This document shows positions 27,401-37,463 of a stretch of DNA of 64,000 nt, one piece after another (position 1 is the first letter of the stretch; each line of letters begins with the position of its first letter). The DNA comes from Daphnia carinata (lineage: Eukaryota), in assembly GCF_022539665.2 (NCBI RefSeq), contig NC_081331.1:6944001-7008000 (forward strand). Reading direction: 5' to 3'. Both the position numbers and the translations under genes were made by a program. A model generated the notes under the pieces. That model did no database searches. It worked only from the letters and a program-made list of their open reading frames with translations, and was not told where the DNA came from.

Positions 27401-30400
27401 AATACAACCGCTTTCGGGGGACAACAAATTGAAAAGAATAATTAATTGAAACGACGTGAGTGAGGAAAGAAAAAAGAAAAAGCCAAAAACATTAACGATG
27501 GATTTGAATTGTTCTGTTCGTTCTTCCCGAAATCTGGTGCGACATCCCCGACGAGCGTGATACGATGAGACGTGTATGGCATGACGAACGCGAATCGTAA
27601 TAAAGAGGATCGAGTTATCCTGCTCCAACCTCTCGTTGCCTTCAATCGAGTGTGTGTTTGCGCGGACGTCAGTTCGGGATTTGTGAAGATGTGCGAACGT
27701 TAGTGAAGGAGAAACGGGTTCGAGCGGGAATGGCGGAACGGCATGTAATTGATGCATTTTTTTTTTTTTTGTTGTTGCCTAGAATGGAGGACTATCCGTC
27801 GCCCTGAGATACTCAACGGCTCGAATTGGGACAATGGCGCAACGGCGGAATCTAGGCGGATATTATCCGGGAATAAGTACACAGACCGGCAAAAGACCAA
27901 GGAGAAGAGACGCGTTGATAACATTAGCAACGTGTGAGCAGCAATCGTGTAACCAGCCCTCCCCTGAGCGTGAGTTTTCGTGCTAGTCCGTGTGCATGTG
28001 TGTGGGGGACGAGGGGGGTTATGAACTATGAACGCTCGAGTCGAATAACCAGACGGGGAAAATCCATCATACTGGGTTATTTTCCTGCTATTCTGGCATC
28101 CACACACGCCCATTCTACGCTCGTTTCTCTCTTTTTCTGCCTTACTTTTTTTTTTGTTTTCGTCTCTTTTTTTTTCTTAATTTCTTACCCCCTTTTTCTT
28201 ATTCTTTTTGGTTGTAACTCATTTATATATATCAGGAGGGGCTTTTTTTGTTGTCGGCATGACGTACTGTAGAGTCTGGTAGGATCCACGGACTCCGCTG
28301 TTATTCGCGTTCTACTTCTTCTTTTTCCTTTTTTTTTTTCTGTTTGCCCATTTTCTTTTTCCATCTTTTCTTTTTCCACGGTCTACCCTCTTATGGCGAA
28401 TGGCATTTCCGTTCATGTCTCACCCGTTGACGTCGCACGCCAGCTTTCATTAAAAAGCCAACAGTAGCAAAGAGCAGCGACGCGGGATAGAAGAGAGTTA
28501 GCATCGGGTTGCTGGCACACACTGTATAATAACTACCTACTACGCTTTACATAGTATAGGGCCTACATCAATTATGTGAAATTGGTGAAACGTCTCAGAA
28601 TCGATGAGTGATTATTCAAATGAAGTTCAGAGCTCGTTGCCTATTCGATTGGGTGAGGAGCGCTCTTTTGTTCGTGACGGGCACGCCATTATTAGAAACC
28701 CGTTTGGAACCAACAAGGAAGAAAAAAAAAGGAATTTCAGTTGATTCCCTTTTTTTTTTATTTTTCTTCTGACATTTCACTCAGACTGTAGTTAGCTATA
28801 ACGTTGACTGCTGATTGAATCGTTTGCCCGAGCGAAACGATCGATCAAGATGGACCAACGCGGCTGAGTTGACTACAATTGCGGGGGAATTTGCGTAGAC
28901 GATAGATAATTAGAATACGTCAAGAAAATAAAATACAAATACATGGAAGCGGAAAACGAATTGACGTGATCAGAATAAGACATCTCGCCTGCTGGATGAA
29001 CACGTAGCTGCTCAAAAAAAAAAAAAAAATATATATATATCTATATTTTTTCAACCCCAAAAAATAATATTAAAAAATAATAAAAGGGCGGGAGGTGGGG
29101 TGAAACGCGATCGATCGGATGGGCAAAGTCCTGAACAGCCGGCGAACAGGCGGAAGAAGTGACTCGACGAGCAAATCGATGGCGACAACAGAACGACACC
29201 GAAAGAAGTAATAGAAAAGGCGGCGGCCAACATTTCAATCTTGCCACTTTGCATCTGAGTTGGCTGTTTGACGACCTTTTGGTCGAAACCTGTGACCGTA
29301 CCAAACTGGATTCGTTTTAAGTGCATACTCAATTCGCCCCGTGCTATATGCGTATGCATTCCTTTTACCCGACATTTCGGGCACGTCCTCGCCGCTCTTT
29401 CTATGTAAATGAAATGTCGTGCGATTATTTCACCTAGACGCCATCTGACCAGATCACATCCTCCACTTCCGTCAGGTGCAGATTTTTAAATTCGCGCTTT
29501 CTCGGCTTTCGGAGTTTTTCACTCAATTTTTTTTTAACGTAGTTTCCATTTTTCTATTGGTTGTTAAACGATAACAAAATTGTGAACGTGCATAACAATA
29601 AAAAAATAGTACCGGGTTATGATGTTCACTTAGTTACTGGCTCTTGCGTCTAAAAATGATAACGCGAAAGCCAAACGCAAAAATACATAAAAGGGGATCC
29701 AAAAAAAAAAAAAAAACATCACCACCATCACGAAATAGAATCGGGATGATCGAAAGGGGTGGTCGATTGCGGTTTCTCGGTTCATTTGGATGGTATTATC
29801 CAATCACGATTCAAGGCTGAACGGAGAACGTTAAAAAGATTCTGATAGGCAACAAGACACAGAAAAAAGGAAAACCTAACTAGAATTAACGAGACTGATT
29901 ATTGGATTCTTTCTATTTTCAAGATTACTGGTGCATCGGCATTTGGTGCGTGTCTTCGCAAACTTGTACAAAGACGAAAGAATATTGCTTCGATAATAGG
30001 CGGTTGAGACATTAGGCCGACCCGACGATCGTGACTCTATGCAGCACACTTCGCTCGCACTTGTCCCTCATCCAGGCTCTAACGCGATTAGCATCACATA
30101 CAGGATAATAGGCTTATAGTATCTTATTAGCGAGAGAAAGAGAAAGTGGACTCATGACCATGCACCGCAAAGACCCAAACAAACAAGAAAAAGTCATACA
30201 AGGATGAAAATAAAAAGTACTTGTACAAAAAAAAAAAGGCCTATCCGATGTTAGACCTATCGGTACCGGTGATATTTGGGCAACCAATACGAACTCTGCT
30301 AGTGTCTTCTATGCAGTTTCGTGTACCGTTCAACAACGGGAACGTCGGGAAGAAAAAAAAATGGAAGGAGGAAGAAAAAAAGTCATAGAAGAAAAGCAAA

Positions 30401-33400
30401 AAAAAAAAAGACATGATGGGAGCAGAATAAGAATCAATGAAGAAGAAAAAAAAAAACAGAGACAAAATGGGGGAGATATTTCATCATGGCCGCGCCAGAC
30501 CAAAAAACCTGACTTATTGCTGGATGCTTTCCCATTTTCCTTGATGGCAATCTTTGGTCTTTATTTATTTTTTTTTTTTTATTTTACCTTTTTTGTTTCT
30601 TTTCTCTCCTTGAAAAGAGTATTTTATAAGCATATACAGTAGATCTTATCTGAAATGTAGATATCGGTACATTTTTTTTTCTGCGCGTGTGAATGTGTGC
30701 CGCTTGTGCGTGTACCCGCGTATGCGTGTGACATAATCACATGGAACAAGGTAAAGGGGCAAAGCACCAAAGAATCGATGCTCAACAATGGCCATATATA
30801 TACTGCTACATTCTTTTAACAAATGTATTGTTTGTTTCCGTTTTTATTCGTTTTTGTTTGTTCTGTAATCGATAAAATCAGATCGAAAATGGTCTCAAAA
30901 ATACAAAAAAAAACAACAACAAAAAGAGCGAAAAACGACATGTTTGAGAACTGATTTCGTTTTGGTTTTATCGTTTCATCCTATTCCATGAACATGAGAG
31001 GGACATGGTTGATCCATACGAAATTTCAAATCAAAATCAAAATAAATCATAGAAAGTAACATATTATGCGTGTAGCCACAAACAGTGAAAGGTCGAAATC
31101 AAAATGAAACGAGATGCGTGTAAATGGACAGATGGACGCAGATCGTAGGGAGGCGTTCGGCCGACAAACTGTCAAAATACGAATTGAGTATTACCGGATA
31201 AATCGAAACCACCAGAACTCAATCAAAAAAAAAAAGGAAAACCTTGGGGGAAAGAGGGGCAAAATGACAGGAGGAATCATACATTGGCGTATATATATAT
31301 ATATACACTCTCTGATCAAAAACTGACACGTCTAGCACAATATTTATTTGTAATGTATCAAATACAGAATTTAAAAAAAAAACGGAAGGAAAATAAAAAA
31401 AAAATACAGTATAGAATATTGAGAGCGAGAGTCACTATTCGAAATGCCAAATCATTGGGGGATGATGGAGTTCGAGATCCATCCACTTAATTTTTATGAC
31501 TTTTGACGGCTTCGATGTTGGGGGAAACGTCTACCCGTTTCCTGTCACACTGTACACACTGTATTATAGAAAGTAGACACGCTCTGCTGGCTACTAGTGG
31601 GTGTGTCCGCGTTCGTACGCGTTGGGCCCAGCACGAATCAGCTCGTCGGTGCACGCGCATGAAGCGTATGTTTTTTAGCTGTGAGTAGAGGAGCCAGGCA
31701 GAGCAAAAATTCCTACACTTTTTCAGCCTACTCATATATAGATAAGGAAGTGGAGTTGGGAAAGAGGTAGAGCGAGCATAAAGAAAGGAGAGAGAGTGGG
31801 TGAGAGAATAGAACACGTTCAATAAATCACGAACCGAATCGAAATCAAATAAAAAAAACTTTGCAGTTCCAAAGTGTATAGAGCTGGCGCCCAGTAAAAC
31901 GTCAATAACAAGGGCTCGCAGAGATGGCTGAAAAACAAAAGAAACAGTTCCAGAGAGAGAGAGAGAGAGAGAGAGAGAAACGTCAGAATTTTTGAAGGAA
32001 TTTTCGAACGGCCAAAAACGAAACGTGAGAAGAGTCAACAGAAGGAAGATTGACTCTTTCGCTCCCACTTGATTCACTTTTGCCCCGTTTTTCCATCGCT
32101 ATCTGTTTTCGCTCTGCATCGCCTTTAAGGGCTTCCCTTTTTTTTCCGGACAGCTTTTGTAGATATCACACTTAATATGTACAAAGAAAAAAGGCGATAG
32201 ATACAAAAGGGCGAGAGTTGAAAAGCAAAACTATACAAAGCAAACGTTAAGGATATTCGGGAATTTTTTTTTTTTTTAAACGAAAATAGGGAAGCCACCC
32301 GGAGCGGATTACTTGCTGGCCCACTCTTCGAAAATAGTGTTAACGTATGAAAAATAGAGGAAATAGAATTTTTTTGTTTTGTTTTTGTTTTAATTCTTTT
32401 TTTTTTATACTTATTTTGTATTATGTCATTCTCTTGGTCGACTTTTTATTTTCTTTCAACGTCTTTCCTTTTTTTTTTTTGCTTTTTCACGTCGTCGGGC
32501 GTTGTCCACACGGATAGGACGGTTTTCGTTGTGTTTCTTATATCCTCCATGTGCTAGTGTCGGCCTTTTCTCGTGCCGTGGCGTTAAATCCGCACGTCTA
32601 CAATTGAATAGATACACGCACACACAATTCTCGAATGTCGCTTAGAAATGACGTCCTACGGCTGATGCTGTTCGATCTCGAATTTCCGCCGGCCTTGTTT
32701 ATTTGGCTTGGGCCTTTGGTTTAGACTTTCTCGAAAATATGGATGCATCCGACTGGAGAATGAAACTGTCGGATTGAACATGAAATTGCAAGTCAGAAGG
32801 GGACTCGGCGACCGGTGGACTATGTCGATGGTGGCGTCCCGTTCAAAATTCCTTGACACCTGCCACCATTGGGAATTTCACGCTGCGGTGGAATTTGATG
32901 GATCCATCCTCTTTTTTCTTTTTCTTCTTCTCGTTTCTTTTCACGATTATTGGTTCGATGTCTTCGTACTGGTCCGATCAAAGATTTTCTGCTGAATATT
33001 TTCTTTTTTAGACAGTTTTTATACGTAAAGTTGGTCTTTCATTTCGCTGGTGTATGCACAATTTTTCCCATCCTCCGCTTGCTTCGAGTTGTATATTCCG
33101 GCCTCATCCATTCCTGATAACCATTTTCTGATTTATTTTGATTTTTTTCCCTGCCCCTTCTTATATATATATATATACACACACATATTATATATTTTTC
33201 TTTTGTTGGCCAGCTTTTGTTGTCGGTTTTTTGACGTGTTTGAGTTTTGCCGCCCAATACCCGCCAGCGCTACACCAGGGCCCTGCTTTCATATTGACTA
33301 TCCAATCAGCATTCCGCCAGCCAGATGATGGATAAGAGCGTACCACCGTGCCAAAAACATTGGAACGCGGGACTCGGTGTGTTTTCATTCGTTTCTATTT

Positions 33401-33567
33401 GGATCGGTGTGCTATATGCTATTCTTTTTTGCTTTTTCCTACATGGACGTCACACGATTCCGCCCTCCTCGAACTCTTTTTCGTTTTCCTCTGGCAAGAA
33501 TATTGCTCCCTTTTATCAAAAACGCCGAGAGTCTGCAAAAAAAAGAAGTTTGATTCCTTTTTTTTTT

Positions 33568-36500
33568 CTAGAGGCAGCCGTTGCCCCAACATCCGCACCA
33601 GGGTAACTCGTTGCTCTTGCGACTACTCCGACTACTCCTGCTACTACTCTCGGCCGAATCGCGCCGGACGACGAGCGTCCTGACGCCTTCTTCCGGATTG
33701 GCCGCCGACGTGTTTTCGATGACCGTTTCGACGCGGACGACCGGCTTGCGCCTTTCCTTATTGACCCGAAAGGTGTCGACCAACGAGAAGCTCCTGGCCG
33801 TCTTCTTGGCCGTGGCCAGCCGGAGGCCGTTCTTGCCCTTGCCGCCCTGGCCGCCTTCCGCGGATCCGGCCGCCGAGTTGCCCCCGTCATTTCCGCTTTC
33901 AGGAGGCGGCTCCTCGCCAGAGACACTCTTCCGTAGGATCCCATTAGACGCAGTCGACGTCGATGTTTTCGTATTACTCGGACGGCCAGTTCCGGTTCCG
34001 GAGCTGACCCGACTTCCGGACGATGCGGCGGCCGTCTCGTCAAAGTTGACCGAGACGCGCGACTTTGGCGGAGATTCGCGATGCAATCGACCTTCAGCCG
34101 GTGGCACAGTGGCCGCCACAGGCGCTGGAACGCCAACCGGAGAAGATACAGCGGGAGCTTCGTGATGTCGGCATCGATGGATGACCATCGTCTGCGACGT
34201 TGAAGTTTGCGGCGGTGCTAGTTGCGGCCTTATTTGCGGCTGCAAACCGGCTGGCGTTGACAGAGCCGGGGCGGCCTGCTGTTGTTGCTGTTCGCACAAC
34301 AGGCAATTGGGCGTCGGAGGAACTCGGCTGCCTGGGGCCACAGATGCTGATGGCCCTGGTGACGACGCCCGTTCGTCATTCAAAAGAGAAGGGACAGGCA
34401 CTTCAGCCGACATCCTCAAATCCACTCGTAACTGACTTCTGTACTCGAACGAGCGGCCGATTTTAGGCATGTATTTGCGTCCCATTTCCGCCGAGGCCGA
34501 TTGTATAGTTCCGTAATGGCTCTCGACGGCCATCGACGACGACGTGCCTGGTTCGGCCGCTGTCGAACTGAAAGCGAAATCCGAGTTCTCCGCATCGTTT
34601 TGCGACTCCAGTTTGACGCGTCGATTCATTCCGGTCGGATGCGAAGCGTTGCTGGAACTCGTACCGAACCCTCCGCTAGCCGAATGGTCGCGTTGCGAAG
34701 AGTTGGGCGCCGGTGACATCCGTCGGACTTGAATCCGGCATCCACCGACGGTGATGTGTCTAGGCAACTTGGCGTGTCCTTTGAGGCGGAAGCGGACGAG
34801 CCGCTCCCCGGTGTCGACGCCGCGAAAGAAGCGGCGCTCAACGTCGCCGACGATGGTACCGAAAGCGGCCAAGAGGAGCGACACGGTGGCGTCGCTAATG
34901 TAGTGCGGGACGCCAGTGAGGGAGACGACCCAAGTCTGGGCCGAAACGTCCGTCAGCCGGACTCGATGGCCCCTGAGCCGGAACGAGTGTCGCAGCAGAT
35001 ACTGGAGCGAACGGGCCGAGTCGAGGCTAATGAAGAAGAGCGAGCCGGCCAACATACGGACGCCGCGGACGTGACAGCGAGTCGGATCCAGCTGCTGCTC
35101 CAATTGATCGATCACCTCCTGAACAGTGACGGACCGGGCATTGACCGCTGTCAGCTCCTTAGTATCGAAGCTGACCGTGTGCGGATCGACGGCGTGTAGG
35201 CGGAGCAGCGAGGCGGAAGCATCGCCGTCCGGCAGAGGATAGACGCTCAGACAATTCGCATCGCCAAGGCCTCGGTTCGTTTCGTCGGCTCGTCGGCGGC
35301 TCAACGCACCGCCGAAGGAATGGCCGTGATTGGTCAGCGCCATTGGCGGTTGCAGCGCTCGAGGAACGTCGTAACTGGAAATGGGCGGCGGAGCAGGTAA
35401 GACGTGCGACGGATGAACGATGCGGATGGGTGATGTGCTTTTGCGGGTCGATGTCACCACGATACCGTCAATGGTGGTCGTCGTCGTCGTCGAGAAACTG
35501 GACGCAGTGACGGCCATGGTCGTGTCGGGTTGACCTTGAACGACGCCACCACGCCCCAAATACCCGCTACTTCCGGCCAATTTCTTATTGTTGTTGATGT
35601 TATTATTATTGTTGTTGTTGTTGTTGAGGAAGACGACAGTGCTGGAATGAGTGGCCGTCGGAGAGCCGGAAGCCGACGACGAGGACGACGATGAAAAGGA
35701 ATTCCGGCGTTGCGGCATCGACGACCATCCAGCAACTCTTCCGGCCTGTTGTGCGAAGGTCGACGATCCGCCGCTATCGCCAACGCCGATATCCGTCGAA
35801 CACGATTCCACTATGGCTCTTGATGGACGTATTGTCCCTGACGCGACATCCATTGCCAACGGGCTGGCCGCATCTTTTTCGATGATGGCCATCTGCCGAT
35901 GTCGTTGCTGCTGTTGCTGATTGATCCCAGAAATGGGCCGGCGTTTGATTGTGGCAATTCCGCTCGTTCCAGGACTGGACGAGTAATTGCTACCCGCGTC
36001 ATCCTCGGCTTCCTCCATCAAGACGTTCGGCGTCGACGGCGTCGTTGGTGAACCTGAACAGGTGGCCACGACCAGTCCGCTCTGATGGAGTTCCTGCTCC
36101 TGCTGGAAACTGCGGACAATGTTGACCAGGTGGTCTAAATTGAAATCACCATCCTCGCTGGGCGTGTCCGGTGGAATGCCCCCACCTTCGCCGATGTGAG
36201 CCGTAGGCTCATCCTCTGCTTCAACGCCGCTGCTCTCACCTTCCTCGGCCACCTCTTCCACACCTTCTCGGCCGTGCACGGGATGGTGGATGGCCGTCGT
36301 GATGATCGTGGTGGCAGCCGCGGATGGAACGGGCGGCGGAGGAGTGTTCGGAGGCATCAAACTTGTGCTCGCCTCCACTGTGAAATGATTCGCACACTCG
36401 GACGGATGATCGACAGGATGAAGGAAATCACGCAAGTCTACGCGCACTGGATGAGAACAAGCCGCGTATCCGTCTTCGTCTTCCATCCCACTCGTGCTGT

Positions 36501-37344
36501 ACCGGCTCTTCACGGCCGAAAGGCTCTCGTAACACACCCGACTGGTGGCGTCCACTGGCGACGAAACGGCCGCTGGCTGAGACGGTACGTGCGGATGAAA
36601 GTGTTGAGTAGCCACGTAAACTTTAGCACCGGCTGAACTGCACCGCCGCGGCATTCTTCCGTAGGCTTTCTGATAATTCTCGATGTTGTCCTTGACTGGA
36701 TTGCCGCACTCAACGTAAACAGCTCCTCCACCCAGGCCGACTCGATGACGGTCGCAATTAGCCGTAGCCAGCGCGGCTTCATTGCAATAACAAGTGGCAT
36801 CGAGGTCGGAGTTGGAAGCTGTCGGTGCTGATGTCGAATGTCTGAAGTCACCTGTCATGGCCGATTGTGATTTGCTTCGACTTATGGCCATCGGTACTCC
36901 TTCGCCCGGCTCCTTCTCATCGGCATCTCTGTCCTCGTCGTCGCTACCTTCCGAATTGCTATGACGACCATTGATACTTGGACTAGCTCGATCATCATCA
37001 TCACCGTCGTCATCATCCTCCCTCTCTGTTCCAGCTCCGCCCTCGCCGTCCGATGGATGCTGACTGTGATGATGATGCTCCGATCCGGTGCCGGCCAGAT
37101 CGAGGTGCTTGATGAGCTTCTCCAGCCGCTCGTACTCGTCGCGCAGGGCCCACATTTCCCGCCGTAGGTGGTCGTTCTCCCTGCGGAGCTTCTTAATGTC
37201 CGTCTGGCCGCGTTCCACCTCGGCGTTGATCTCGATCGTACGTAGGCGCAGCTCTTCGTTCTCGTAGAGCATGCCCCGCGAGGACCGCTTGTCCAGCTTC
37301 CGGTTGGGTTTGATGCGCACATCCTTCTTTCGGGCGCGCAACAT
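33568..37344 (-). CDS. Uncharacterised 1258-aa protein, intronless CDS: N-terminal basic region and leucine-zipper coiled coil, disordered S/T/Q/N/P/D/E-rich linkers, LINE-ORF1/ZCCHC3-like tandem RRM-like domain, Cys/Trp-rich C-terminus
   Basis: 3777-nt uninterrupted ORF from ATG (tcgccATG, 37344) to TAG (33570-33568). It is visibly GC-richer than its flanks and lacks their long homopolymer runs. The translation has a protein-like domain layout. No orthologue name is recognised with confidence. Confidence 0.93.
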   Translation of the reverse strand: MLRARKKDVRIKPNRKLDKRSSRGMLYENEELRLRTIEINAEVERGQTDIKKLRRENDHLRREMWALRDEYERLEKLIKHLDLAGTGSEHHHHSQHPSDGEGGAGTEREDDDDGDDDDRASPSINGRHSNSEGSDDEDRDADEKEPGEGVPMAISRSKSQSAMTGDFRHSTSAPTASNSDLDATCYCNEAALATANCDRHRVGLGGGAVYVECGNPVKDNIENYQKAYGRMPRRCSSAGAKVYVATQHFHPHVPSQPAAVSSPVDATSRVCYESLSAVKSRYSTSGMEDEDGYAACSHPVRVDLRDFLHPVDHPSECANHFTVEASTSLMPPNTPPPPVPSAAATTIITTAIHHPVHGREGVEEVAEEGESSGVEAEDEPTAHIGEGGGIPPDTPSEDGDFNLDHLVNIVRSFQQEQELHQSGLVVATCSGSPTTPSTPNVLMEEAEDDAGSNYSSSPGTSGIATIKRRPISGINQQQQQRHRQMAIIEKDAASPLAMDVASGTIRPSRAIVESCSTDIGVGDSGGSSTFAQQAGRVAGWSSMPQRRNSFSSSSSSSASGSPTATHSSTVVFLNNNNNNNNNINNNKKLAGSSGYLGRGGVVQGQPDTTMAVTASSFSTTTTTTIDGIVVTSTRKSTSPIRIVHPSHVLPAPPPISSYDVPRALQPPMALTNHGHSFGGALSRRRADETNRGLGDANCLSVYPLPDGDASASLLRLHAVDPHTVSFDTKELTAVNARSVTVQEVIDQLEQQLDPTRCHVRGVRMLAGSLFFISLDSARSLQYLLRHSFRLRGHRVRLTDVSAQTWVVSLTGVPHYISDATVSLLLAAFGTIVGDVERRFFRGVDTGERLVRFRLKGHAKLPRHITVGGCRIQVRRMSPAPNSSQRDHSASGGFGTSSSNASHPTGMNRRVKLESQNDAENSDFAFSSTAAEPGTSSSMAVESHYGTIQSASAEMGRKYMPKIGRSFEYRSQLRVDLRMSAEVPVPSLLNDERASSPGPSASVAPGSRVPPTPNCLLCEQQQQQAAPALSTPAGLQPQIRPQLAPPQTSTSQTMVIHRCRHHEAPAVSSPVGVPAPVAATVPPAEGRLHRESPPKSRVSVNFDETAAASSGSRVSSGTGTGRPSNTKTSTSTASNGILRKSVSGEEPPPESGNDGGNSAAGSAEGGQGGKGKNGLRLATAKKTARSFSLVDTFRVNKERRKPVVRVETVIENTSAANPEEGVRTLVVRRDSAESSSRSSRSSRKSNELPWCGCWGNGCL
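34717..35253 (-). other. Tandem RRM-like domain resembling L1/Tx1-clade retrotransposon ORF1p and ZCCHC3 (aa ~698-876)
   Basis: The only long hydrophobic alternating alpha/beta segment: TVSF..VTVQEVIDQL..VRGVRMLAGSLFFISLDS..LL..FRLRGHRVRL, then VVSLTGVPHYISDATVSLLLAAFGTIVGDVERRFFRGVDTGERLVRFRL..LPRHITVGGCRIQV. Recognised by eye; no profile search was run. Confidence 0.65.
35587..35625 (-). repeat. Coding (AAC/AAT)n trinucleotide repeat encoding poly-Asn
   Basis: Encodes NNNNNNNNNINNN within the long CDS. Confidence 0.85.
37102..37272 (-). other. Coiled coil / leucine zipper (aa 25-81 of the 1258-aa protein)
   Basis: Leu at 53, 60, 67, 74 and 81 (exact heptad d positions) with I50, N57, M64, Y71, I78 at a positions. 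The heptad extends back through G46/I39/L32/M25 and is preceded by basic RARKKDVRIKPNRKLDKRSSR. Confidence 0.85.
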
Positions 37345-37370
37345 GGCGATTACAGTAAGCCACGAGGTTA

Positions 37371-37463
37371 CTGATTAATGAATTTTTTTTTTTTTTTTTT
37401 TTTGGCACAAAAAGGCACGGAAGAAAAAAAAAAAACAATAAAAACGAGCAACGTCTCAAACAC
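37371..37463 (-). other. Candidate 93-nt 5'UTR intron just upstream of the start codon
   Basis: Minus strand: gacgag|GTGTTT...pyrimidine/A tracts...ttcattaatCAG|taacctc, ending 26 nt before the ATG. The interval is homopolymer-rich and sits between two higher-complexity blocks. Confidence 0.5.

Noticed and set aside
33558..33567. A-run immediately after the stop codon (minus strand) as a retroposition poly-A tail
   Set aside because: A/T runs of this length occur throughout the window, and no target-site duplication is evident.
33516..37322. Overlapping alternative-frame and antisense ORFs (e.g. 33581..34165 +, 33516..34136 -, 34729..35199 +, 36882..37322 -)
   Set aside because: Expected shadows of a GC-rich CDS with few off-frame stops. 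They show no independent protein features.
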